Positions 27,994 to 36,402 of a DNA stretch of 64,000 nucleotides are shown one piece after another. The stretch spans positions 128,001 through 192,000 of the forward strand of contig JAFATB010000023.1 of the NCBI GenBank assembly GCA_019244185.1, read 5' to 3'. Numbering within the stretch: the stretch's first letter is position 1; each line of letters opens with the position of its first letter. Source of the stretch: Acidobacteriota bacterium. GTDB taxonomy: Bacteria; Acidobacteriota; Thermoanaerobaculia; Gp7-AA8. The position numbers and the translations under genes are program-made. Under the pieces are notes generated by a model. That model was not told the DNA's origin. It worked only from the letters and a program-made list of their open reading frames with translations, and ran no database searches.

Positions 27994-28060
27994 GCGTTGC
28001 TTCCTTTCTGGTGCAACTTCGCACGCCTTCTCACATTGCAATTCAGGTGCTGGAAACGCC

Positions 28061-29284
28061 TCACTTCGCGTACGTCACGCGCCAGATTGCGCCCGCTCCG
28101 TCATCGCTCACGAGCAGCGATCCGTCGCGCAGCACGACGACGCCCGCCGGACGTCCCCAAACCGTCGCCGCCTCAGGATCGCCGCTCCAGCCGACCACGA
28201 AATCGTCGTAGCCGCCGGCCGGCTTGCCGTTGCGGAACGGAATGAAGATGACTTTGTAGCCGGTGCGCTGCGTGCGGTTCCACGAGCCGTGCAGCGCGAC
28301 GAAGAGTCCGCCGCGATACGACGCGGGGAACATCTTGCCTTCGTAGAAATTCATGAGGATCGGCGCGGAGTGCGCCTGGATCAGCAGCGACGGCACGATC
28401 GACTTCGCGACGAGCTCCGGATGTTCGCCGGTATGCCGCGGCTCGGGATGTTTGCCGATGTACGCGAACGGCCAGCCGTAGAACGCGCCGCTCTTCACTT
28501 CGGTGGCGTAATCGGGAACGAGATCGTCGCCGAGGCCGTCGCGCTCGTTGACGCACGTCCAGAGCGTCTGATCGGCGGGATTCCACGCGAGGCCGATCGG
28601 ATTGCGCAGTCCCGAGGCGAAGATCCGCTTGCCGCTGCCGTCGGGATTGAACTCGGTGATCGCCGCGCGCATCGGCTCGTCGGTCTCGTCGTTGACGTTG
28701 GAGTCGGAGCCGACGGCGACGTACATCTTCGAGCCGTCGCGATTGAAGATCACGTTGCGCGTGGAGTGTCCGCCTTCGGGCAGCGCGGCGAGACGCACGG
28801 GCGCGCCGCTCGCGGCGGTCTGGCCGGATTTGTACGCGTAGCGCACAATCGCGTTGCCGGTGCCGACGTAGAGCTGATCGCCGCGGAACGTGAGGCCGAA
28901 CGGCTCGTCGACGTCGCTCGCGAACGTGAAGTGCTGCTCCGGTTTGCCGTCGCCGTTCGCGTCGCGATAGATGAGGATCCGGCCGCCGGCGGTGTCGGTG
29001 ACGAAGACGTCGCCGTTCGGCGCGACCACCATGTTACGCGGATCGCCGAGATCCGTGGCCCACGTGTCGATGTGAAAGCCGGGCGGCAGCGCGAGCTTCG
29101 CGCCGGCGGGACGGGTGCGTACGACGCGCGGCGGATTGCCGGCGCTGTGCGTCGCGTACGGACGCGGCATCGACTCGGCGCGGATGTCGTAATGATGCAG
29201 CGCCGGCGGCGCCGCGGGCTGTGCATCGCCGCGCGCGCACGCGAGGACGACAGTGGTAGCGAGGATCATGCTCGCGCTCTTCAT
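28061..29284 (-). CDS. Sorbosone dehydrogenase / PQQ-dependent sugar dehydrogenase family lipoprotein
   Basis: LAC lipobox; ASGLRNPIGL, VNERDGLGDDLVPDY, HGSWNR, GRPAGV. Confidence 0.88.
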   Translation of the reverse strand: MKSASMILATTVVLACARGDAQPAAPPALHHYDIRAESMPRPYATHSAGNPPRVVRTRPAGAKLALPPGFHIDTWATDLGDPRNMVVAPNGDVFVTDTAGGRILIYRDANGDGKPEQHFTFASDVDEPFGLTFRGDQLYVGTGNAIVRYAYKSGQTAASGAPVRLAALPEGGHSTRNVIFNRDGSKMYVAVGSDSNVNDETDEPMRAAITEFNPDGSGKRIFASGLRNPIGLAWNPADQTLWTCVNERDGLGDDLVPDYATEVKSGAFYGWPFAYIGKHPEPRHTGEHPELVAKSIVPSLLIQAHSAPILMNFYEGKMFPASYRGGLFVALHGSWNRTQRTGYKVIFIPFRNGKPAGGYDDFVVGWSGDPEAATVWGRPAGVVVLRDGSLLVSDDGAGAIWRVTYAK

Positions 29285-29304
29285 GATTGAGTAGTATGCA
29301 AATC

Positions 29305-31242
29305 ATGAGACCGCGCGCCATTGCCTTGCTGCTCGTTTCCGCCGCGATCGCCGTTCCGTCGTTCGCGCAGCGCACGCAGAAGCCGCCGCTGCATGGCGCG
29401 CACTGGATGGCCATCACCGGCAAGCCGCTCTCCGCGACCGCGGGCGCGATGATGTTTCAGAAGGGCGGCAACGCCGTCGACGCGGCCGCCGCGATGCTGG
29501 CGGCCGTCTGCACGCAGTGGGACACGCTCTCGTGGGGCGGCGAGACGCAGGCGCTCATCTACAACCCGCACACGAAGAAGGTGATCGGCATCGACGCGCT
29601 CGGCGTCGCGCCGACCGGCGCCACCGCGCAGTACTACCTCTCGAAAGGTCTCAAGGTGCCGCCGGAGTACGGCCCGCTCGCCGCGCTGACGCCCGGCACG
29701 CCGGGCGGTCTCATGACGATGCTGGCCGAGTACGGGACGCTGTCGCTCAAAGACGTGCTCGCGCCGGCGATCCAGATGGCGGACGGCTTTCCGATCGAGG
29801 CGCAGCTGGCGAGCACCATCGAGAAGAACAAGTCGTGGCTCAAGCAGTGGCCGTACTCGCGCACGACGATGCTCACGCATCTGCGCGACGCGAACGCGAG
29901 CGCATCAGCGAGCGCAACGACCGCGTCGACGCAAAGCAGCGTGACGCCGGCGCACGACGTCGTGGGCGGCGCGGCGTCGTCGCCCGCATCGACGCGCGAG
30001 GCGCCGGAGCCGGGCGAGATGTTCCACCAGCCCGAGCTCGCGGCGACGCTGCGCAAGCTCGTCGACGCGGAGCAGCAGGCCTTGAAGCGCGGCAAGTCGC
30101 GCAAGGAAGCGATCTACGCCGCGTATGACCGTTTCTATAAGGGCGACATCGCGCAGGAGCTCGCGCGCGGGACGCAGGAGCAGGGCGGTCTCATCACGAC
30201 CGACGATCTCGCGCGCTGGCAGGTGAAGATCGAAGAGCCGGTGATGACGAACTATCGCGGCGTCGACGTCTACAAGCTCACCGTCTGGACGCAGGGTCCG
30301 TCGATGCTGCAGGCGCTGAACATCCTCGAGAACTTCGATCTCAAGTCGATGGGCTACAACAGCGCGCGCTACATCCATACGCTCTATCAGGCGCTCAACC
30401 TCGCGTACGCCGATCGCGACTTCTACTACGGCGATCCGTACTTTCCGCCGGCCGAGCCGGTGCGCGGACTGCTGTCGAAGGACTACGCGCGCGAGCGCGC
30501 GAAGCTCGTCAATCCCGAGCGCAACGATCCGAACATCGGACCCGGCGATCCGTATCCGTATCAGAACGAGAAGAATCCGTTCCTCGACACGCTGCGCGAC
30601 TGGAACGCGACCGCGGCAAAACCGGTCGCGAGCTTCGAGCGCTTTCACGAGCAGTTCCTCGCCGGCACGACGTCGATCGAAGCCGCGGACGAGGAAGGGT
30701 GGGTCGTCTCCGTCACGCCGAGCGGCGGCTGGGTTCCCGCGGTGATCGCGGGGCACACGGGCGTCGGTCTCTCGCAGCGCGCGCAGAGCTTCGACACCGA
30801 TCCGAAGCAGAACCCGTTCAACGTGATCGAGCCGGGCAAGCGCCCGCACGTCACGCTCACGCCGACGCTGGCGATGAAGAACGGCGCGCCGTTCCTCGCC
30901 TTCGCCGTGCAGGGCGGCGACACGCAGGACCAGAACCTTCTGCAGTTTTTCCTCGACGTCGTCGAATTCGGCATGACCCCGCAGGAAGCGACCGAGGCCG
31001 CGAACTTCAACACGTTCCAGGTGCGCAAATGGCTCGGCGACCGCCAGTCGGTTCCCGGCCGCATCCTCCTCAACGACCAGACCCCGCCGTGGGTGCGCGG
31101 CGAACTGCAGAAGATGGGCTACACGCTGACGTTCGAAGACCGCACGTCCGGCCCCATCAACGCGATCGAGTTCGACCAGAAGCACGGCACCATGTGGGGA
31201 GGGAGCTCGAATCATGGGGAGGACTATGGGATTGGATGGTGA
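29305..31242 (+). CDS. ggt: Gamma-glutamyltransferase family protein
   Basis: GGNAVDAA, FYKGDIA, LAYADRD, catalytic TTSIEAAD, PGKRPHVTL. Confidence 0.9.
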   Translation: MRPRAIALLLVSAAIAVPSFAQRTQKPPLHGAHWMAITGKPLSATAGAMMFQKGGNAVDAAAAMLAAVCTQWDTLSWGGETQALIYNPHTKKVIGIDALGVAPTGATAQYYLSKGLKVPPEYGPLAALTPGTPGGLMTMLAEYGTLSLKDVLAPAIQMADGFPIEAQLASTIEKNKSWLKQWPYSRTTMLTHLRDANASASASATTASTQSSVTPAHDVVGGAASSPASTREAPEPGEMFHQPELAATLRKLVDAEQQALKRGKSRKEAIYAAYDRFYKGDIAQELARGTQEQGGLITTDDLARWQVKIEEPVMTNYRGVDVYKLTVWTQGPSMLQALNILENFDLKSMGYNSARYIHTLYQALNLAYADRDFYYGDPYFPPAEPVRGLLSKDYARERAKLVNPERNDPNIGPGDPYPYQNEKNPFLDTLRDWNATAAKPVASFERFHEQFLAGTTSIEAADEEGWVVSVTPSGGWVPAVIAGHTGVGLSQRAQSFDTDPKQNPFNVIEPGKRPHVTLTPTLAMKNGAPFLAFAVQGGDTQDQNLLQFFLDVVEFGMTPQEATEAANFNTFQVRKWLGDRQSVPGRILLNDQTPPWVRGELQKMGYTLTFEDRTSGPINAIEFDQKHGTMWGGSSNHGEDYGIGW

Positions 31243-31247
31243 GTCAA

Positions 31248-31376
31248 AAGCTGAATGAAGAACGCAGAACGCAGAATGAAGAATTGAGAAAAGGAGAGAG
31301 CGCGCGCTTTGCGCGCGCGCCGTTGGTCCTCATTTCTACGTTCTTCATTCTGCGTTCTGCGTTCTTCATTCAGCTT
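31248..31376. repeat. Heptamer-repeat palindromic element, copy 1 (MITE/REP-like)
   Basis: Perfect 36-bp inverted repeat AAGCTGAATGAAGAACGCAGAACGCAGAATGAAGAA (31248-31283 / 31341-31376). Confidence 0.9.
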
Positions 31377-31413
31377 CTAAATCCAGTTTCCCGCCGCACG
31401 CGTACCGTCTGGC

Positions 31414-32085
31414 ATGAACGTCTTCCTCACCGGCGCCTCCGGCTACCTCGCCTCCCGCCTCATCCCCGAGCTTCTCTCGCGCGGCCACACCGTGCGCGGG
31501 CTCGTGCGGCGCGGTTCGGAGCGGAAGCTGCCGCGCGGCGCGGAGGCGGTCGTCGGCGATGCGCTCGATGCGTCGACGTACTCGCATGCGATCGCGCCGT
31601 CCGACACGTTCGTGCATCTCGTCGGCGTCGCGCATCCGTCGCCGGCGAAAGCGGCGGAATTCCGGAGCATCGACCTGGTGTCGATCCGGCAGGCCGTCCA
31701 TGCGGTACGCGGGAGTTCCGTCCGGCATTTCGTCTATCTCTCCGTCGCGCAACCCGCGCCGGCGATGTGCGAGTACGTCGCCGTGCGAGCGGAAGGGGAG
31801 CGGCTCGTGCGCGACAGCGCTCTCGCCGCGACCTTCGTCCGCCCGTGGTACGTCCTCGGCCCCGGCCACCGCTGGCCCTACCTGCTGCTCCCTGCGTACT
31901 GGATCTGGGGCGCGTTTCCGTCACAGCGCGACACCGCGCGCCGGCTGTATCCCGTGAAGCTCGCCGACGTCGTGCGCGCGATGGCCGACGCGATCGAGCA
32001 TCCGCCGAGCGGCGTGCGCGTCATCGAGGCGCCGGAACTGCGCGCGCGCGAGCCGCTCACGCCGGCACGCGTCGTCACGACATAA
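31414..32085 (+). CDS. NAD(P)-binding atypical SDR family protein
   Basis: VFLTGASGYLA, HFVYLSVA, RPWYVLGPG. Confidence 0.85.
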   Translation: MNVFLTGASGYLASRLIPELLSRGHTVRGLVRRGSERKLPRGAEAVVGDALDASTYSHAIAPSDTFVHLVGVAHPSPAKAAEFRSIDLVSIRQAVHAVRGSSVRHFVYLSVAQPAPAMCEYVAVRAEGERLVRDSALAATFVRPWYVLGPGHRWPYLLLPAYWIWGAFPSQRDTARRLYPVKLADVVRAMADAIEHPPSGVRVIEAPELRAREPLTPARVVTT

Positions 32086-32126
32086 CGCGTCCCGACGTTC
32101 GCGCGCGCAACGCCGTATCAACGGAC

Positions 32127-32756
32127 ATGCATCGCGCCACACTCGTCCTGCTCGTTCTCCTGCTCGCCGCGTTGCCGGCATCGGCCGGCTGGTGGCCGTC
32201 GTTCAGTCCGCGCACGCTGCAGCTCGAGGTCGGCGATCAGACGTCGGTCGAGGTGCATGCGGTGTGGAGTGGCCTCGTCGACTACGGCAACGGCATCCAC
32301 TGGACGTTCCGCAGCGACGACTCATGGGTGGCGACGGCGAACGCCAGCGTCAACGATCAGGGCTCGCACCTCGTGCCGATCGAGGCGGTCGGTCCGGGCA
32401 CGGCGCGCATCTGTCTCGGCAACAGCGGCGACTCGTGCTACGTCACGATCTTCGTTCGCTGCGGCGAGGAAGCGCCCGTGCGCGCGGCGCAGCCGGTCCT
32501 GCGCGCCGAACTGCACCAGCCGGTGACGCTGTCGGTGGTCACGCCGATCGCGCAGCGCACGCACTTCACGTGGTTCCGCGGCCGCATGGGCGACCGCTCG
32601 CAGCCGCTCGACGCCGCGAGCGCCGAGATCACGTTCGCGCCCGACGCGTACGACGCGCAGTACGTTTGGGTCTCTGCCGTGACGTCGTGCTCGACGAGCA
32701 GCGCGGAGTTCCGCATCGACGTGCCGCGTCCGCGCCAGCACGCGGTGCGTCACTAA
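32127..32756 (+). CDS. Secreted beta-rich hypothetical protein with basic C-terminal tail
   Basis: Signal peptide MHRATLVLLVLLLAALPASA; ends PRPRQHAVRH. Confidence 0.72.
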   Translation: MHRATLVLLVLLLAALPASAGWWPSFSPRTLQLEVGDQTSVEVHAVWSGLVDYGNGIHWTFRSDDSWVATANASVNDQGSHLVPIEAVGPGTARICLGNSGDSCYVTIFVRCGEEAPVRAAQPVLRAELHQPVTLSVVTPIAQRTHFTWFRGRMGDRSQPLDAASAEITFAPDAYDAQYVWVSAVTSCSTSSAEFRIDVPRPRQHAVRH

Positions 32757-33970
32757 CGCGACGTACGCAACACCGACTCGAGCTCGTCGGGCCGCGACGA
32801 GCGCACGCGCGCGTCGTCGATCGTGATGAGGCCGTCCGCGACGAGCTTCGCCAGTGAGTCTTCGAGCGAGATCATGCCCTGCCGCTTGCCGAGCGTGATC
32901 TCCGTGGCGAGGTTCTGCAGGCGCTCGTTGCGGATGTGATTGCGCACGGCCTGATTCGCGAGCAGCACTTCCACGGCGACGGCGCGGCCCTGATTGTCGG
33001 CGCGCGGAATCAGCTGCTGCACGACGATGGCGTTGAGGCTGAGCGCGAGCTGTTGCTTGATCTGCGTCTGCTGCGCCGGCGGGAAGACGTCCACAATGCG
33101 ATGGATGGCCTGCGCGGCGTCGCTCGTGTGCAGCGTCGAGAGGATCAGATGTCCCGTCTCCGCGGCGGTGAGCGCGGTGGCGACGGTCTCGAGGTCGCGC
33201 ATTTCGCCGACGAGGATGACGTCGGGATCCTGCCGCAGCGACGCGCGCAGCGCCGCGGCGAATGAAGGCGCGTCGCGTCCCACTTCAACCTGCTCGATGA
33301 TCGACTTTGCGTTGCGGTGCTCGTACTCGATCGGGTCTTCGATCGTGATGACGTGCCGCGCGTCGTTGCGATTCACCTCGCCGACGAGCGCCGCGAGGGT
33401 CGTCGACTTGCCCGAGCCGGTCGGGCCGCAGACGAGCACGAGTCCGCGCGTCGGCTTCACCAGTTCGCCGAGCGCCGGCGGCAGACGCAGTTGCGTGAGC
33501 GTCGGCACTTCCGTCGGCAGCGCGCGCACCGACGCCGCCCACGTTCCACGCTGCCGGTGCACGTTGACGCGGAACCGCCCCGCGCGCCGGTCATCCTCGG
33601 ATGCCGGGCCCGCGAGCCGCAGCGAGAAGTCGGCGGCGCCTTCCGCGTCGATCTTCTCGCGCAGCCGCAACGTCAGAAGGCTGCCGAGGAGATTGTGGAT
33701 GTCGTCGGAGGTGAGCGGAGCGTCGGCCGTGCGCGCGAGACGTCCGCCGACGCGCAGCACCGGCGGCACACCGGCGACGATGAGCAGATCGCTCGCGCCG
33801 CGCTGCGCCATGTCGATGAGCAGCTTCTCGAGCGGATTCCCTTCCGCGACGGTCGCGGACGGCCACGCCGCCGCCGGAGTGGCGGCACGCGCCTCGTCGG
33901 GCGCCGGCTCGACGTCGTTGAGCTCGCGCACGAGCTGCTCGAGTTGCGGATCGCGAATCAGCTTGGCCAT
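32753..33970 (-). CDS. pilT: PilT/PilU family pilus retraction ATPase
   Basis: GPTGSGKSTT, TIEDPIE, LRQDPDVILVGEMRD, AETGHL. Confidence 0.88.
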   Translation of the reverse strand: MAKLIRDPQLEQLVRELNDVEPAPDEARAATPAAAWPSATVAEGNPLEKLLIDMAQRGASDLLIVAGVPPVLRVGGRLARTADAPLTSDDIHNLLGSLLTLRLREKIDAEGAADFSLRLAGPASEDDRRAGRFRVNVHRQRGTWAASVRALPTEVPTLTQLRLPPALGELVKPTRGLVLVCGPTGSGKSTTLAALVGEVNRNDARHVITIEDPIEYEHRNAKSIIEQVEVGRDAPSFAAALRASLRQDPDVILVGEMRDLETVATALTAAETGHLILSTLHTSDAAQAIHRIVDVFPPAQQTQIKQQLALSLNAIVVQQLIPRADNQGRAVAVEVLLANQAVRNHIRNERLQNLATEITLGKRQGMISLEDSLAKLVADGLITIDDARVRSSRPDELESVLRTSR

Positions 33971-34087
33971 GCGCTCTCGTGTACGAACGAAGCGTGCCAC
34001 AGGTCACGCCGCACGTTCACCGCTCGTTTGCCGCGCGCGGTTTCGTTTCGCGGAACGCGGGGGTCGAACGATGACGAGGAGGAAGTC

Positions 34088-34861
34088 ATGTTCGAGACCT
34101 CAGTCATCCGCGCCCAGGCCGCCGCAGCACGAGGCCGCGTTCCGCTGCTCGGCATCTCCATCGTCGCGCACAGCGCCGTCGTGATCGGCGCGGTCGCGGT
34201 CAGCATCGCCTCCGTCAGCTTCCCCATGCACGCGCCGAAAGAGTTCGCGCGCGCGCCGCTGCTGATGCAGGTCAGCGTTCCGCCGCCCCTCGGCAATCCG
34301 AACGCCGGCGCGCCGCACAAGCCGCAGCAGCCGCAGCCCGCGCAGAAGCCGCAGACGCCGCCGCCCACCGCGATCACCGCACCGCCACAGACGCCCGCGA
34401 CCATCACGCCCGCCGCGCAGCCGCCATCGACCGCGTCGAACGATGCGCCGGCCACCGGCAGCGGCACCGAATCCGGCCCCATCGGCCAGCCGTGGGGCGT
34501 CGCCGGCTCGCTGGGCGATCTCGATGCGCCGCCCGCGACGTCCACGATTCCCGCGACGCCGCCCGTCGAAGAGCGCGTCTATCGGGTCGGTGAAGTGAAA
34601 GCGCCCGTGCTGCTGCGCCGCGTCGAGCCGACGTATCCGCCGATGTTCGTCCGCGCGCACATGCCGGGCAAAGTCGCGCTGCACTGCATCATCGACAAGA
34701 ACGGACGCGTGCGCGACGCGCAGGTCGTGTTCGCGACGAACAGCGCGTTCGCCGACGCCGTGCTGCGCTCACTCGACGGCTGGCGCTACACGCCCGCGTC
34801 GCTGCACGGCGAAGCGGTGGATTGTTACCTCGATCTCTCCGTCGACTTCGGCGTGCACTGA
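34088..34861 (+). CDS. tonB: TonB family energy transducer
   Basis: TM segment SIVAH (SxxxH), Pro-rich linker, P.YP...G.V...IIDKNGRV...WRYTPA. Confidence 0.85.
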   Translation: MFETSVIRAQAAAARGRVPLLGISIVAHSAVVIGAVAVSIASVSFPMHAPKEFARAPLLMQVSVPPPLGNPNAGAPHKPQQPQPAQKPQTPPPTAITAPPQTPATITPAAQPPSTASNDAPATGSGTESGPIGQPWGVAGSLGDLDAPPATSTIPATPPVEERVYRVGEVKAPVLLRRVEPTYPPMFVRAHMPGKVALHCIIDKNGRVRDAQVVFATNSAFADAVLRSLDGWRYTPASLHGEAVDCYLDLSVDFGVH

Positions 34862-34877
34862 TGTACGGAAGCGGCGC

Positions 34878-35807
34878 TCATGACTCCGGCGCCACTTCAT
34901 CCGCGGACACGATCGGCGGCTTCGACCACGACGTCACGTACACGACGCCGACGATGCCGCCGATCGTGAGCAGCGAGCCGAAGGCGGCGAGCGCGGTGAT
35001 CGGCTCGTGGATGAGCGTCGCGCCGAGGATCATCGAGACGATGACGGCGAGCTGCGAGATCACGCCGACCGTCATCGCGTCGACCCAGCGCAGCGAGAAC
35101 GTGAGCAGCAGCTGCGCGGCGATGGCGAAGAGCGACGTCGCCGCGAGCGAGGTCCACTCGTCGCCGCGCGGCGTCTGCCACGAGGAGATGCCGCCCGGCG
35201 CCGTCGTGAAGAGACCGAGCAGGCAGAAGCTCGCATAGACCGCCCACGAGTTCTCGCCGCGCCGCGCCGCGCGCATCGCCGTCACCGCCACGCCCGACGA
35301 AACCGCCGACATCACGCCGACGAGCTCCCACCGTCCGAAGCCGAGGATGTCGCCCGGCTGCGCGTGCGCATGCACGACGAGGAAGACGCCGGCCAGTGCG
35401 ATCGGCGCGGGAATCAGCACCTTCGCGCTGATGCGCTCTCCAAGAAAGAGCATCGAGAAGATCCCGCTGAAGAGCGGCGCGGTGTAGTTGAGGAGCGTGG
35501 CCACGCCGACGCTGATGTGCGCGATGGCGATGAAGTAGCAGAGCACCGCGATCCCGCCGAAGAAGCCGCGCAGGAACAGGAGGTCGAGCCGCTGGAACGT
35601 GAGCGCGCTGCGGCGGTAGCGCGGCACGAGCAGCGCGGGCAAGAGCCCGACCGCGAAGCGGATCATCGCCACCTCGGAACCGGACAGCCGCGCCGAGGCG
35701 AGCTTCGCCGCGAATGCCATCGCGCCGAAGCACGTCGCCGATGCGGTCATGAGCAGGAGCGCGCGCTGCGTCGCGCGCACGTCGCGAGGCGGATTTGCTA
35801 TCGTCAA
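34878..35807 (-). CDS. DMT/EamA family transporter
   Basis: About 10 TM helices; ATLLNYTAPLF...LGERI. Confidence 0.88.
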   Translation of the reverse strand: MTIANPPRDVRATQRALLLMTASATCFGAMAFAAKLASARLSGSEVAMIRFAVGLLPALLVPRYRRSALTFQRLDLLFLRGFFGGIAVLCYFIAIAHISVGVATLLNYTAPLFSGIFSMLFLGERISAKVLIPAPIALAGVFLVVHAHAQPGDILGFGRWELVGVMSAVSSGVAVTAMRAARRGENSWAVYASFCLLGLFTTAPGGISSWQTPRGDEWTSLAATSLFAIAAQLLLTFSLRWVDAMTVGVISQLAVIVSMILGATLIHEPITALAAFGSLLTIGGIVGVVYVTSWSKPPIVSADEVAPES

Positions 35808-35824
35808 CCGGGGGGAGATTATCC

Positions 35825-36292
35825 ATGAGCGAAGTGCTGGTGCGCGCCGCGAGTCGCGACGATGCGCCGACGATCGTCGCGTTTCAGCTGGCCATGGCGC
35901 GCGAGACCGAGGAGCTCGCGCTCGACGTCGACGTGCTCGCGCGCGGCGTCGAAGCGGTGTTCGCCGATCCGTCGAAAGGCCGCTACTTCGTCGTCGAATG
36001 CGACCGCGAGGTGGTCGCGTCGCTGATGATCACCTACGAATGGAGCGACTGGCGCAACGGCACCGTCTGGTGGATCCAGAGCGTCTACGTCCTTCCCGCG
36101 CAGCGCAAGCGCGGCCTCTACGCATCGCTGTACCGCCACGTCCAGTCGCTCATCGCCGATGACGCGAGCGTCCGCGGCATCCGCCTGTATGTGGACGAAC
36201 GCAACGTTCCGGCACAACAGGTTTACGCGAGGCTGGGGATGAATGGGGAACACTATCGCGTGTTCGAGTGGATGAAAGAGATGAAAAGCTGA
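35825..36292 (+). CDS. GNAT family N-acetyltransferase
   Basis: EWSDWRNG, IQSVYV...RKRGLY, N..AQQVY.RLG. Confidence 0.88.
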   Translation: MSEVLVRAASRDDAPTIVAFQLAMARETEELALDVDVLARGVEAVFADPSKGRYFVVECDREVVASLMITYEWSDWRNGTVWWIQSVYVLPAQRKRGLYASLYRHVQSLIADDASVRGIRLYVDERNVPAQQVYARLGMNGEHYRVFEWMKEMKS

Positions 36293-36388
36293 ATGAAGAA
36301 TGCAGAACGCAGAATGAAGAATTGAGAAGGGGAGGCCGGTCCTCTTTCTACGTTCTTCATTCTGCGTTCTGCGTTCTTCATTCAGCCT
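36286..36388. repeat. Heptamer-repeat palindromic element, copy 2
   Basis: Same arms as 31248-31376 with a shorter core; supplies the TGA stop of the GNAT gene. Confidence 0.9.
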
Positions 36389-36402
36389 CTAAAAGGAGTT
36401 CC

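Noticed and set aside
28010-28055. sigma54-like promoter upstream of 27993
   Set aside because: The correctly spaced site has AG instead of the invariant GG, and the GG-containing site has 11-bp spacing.
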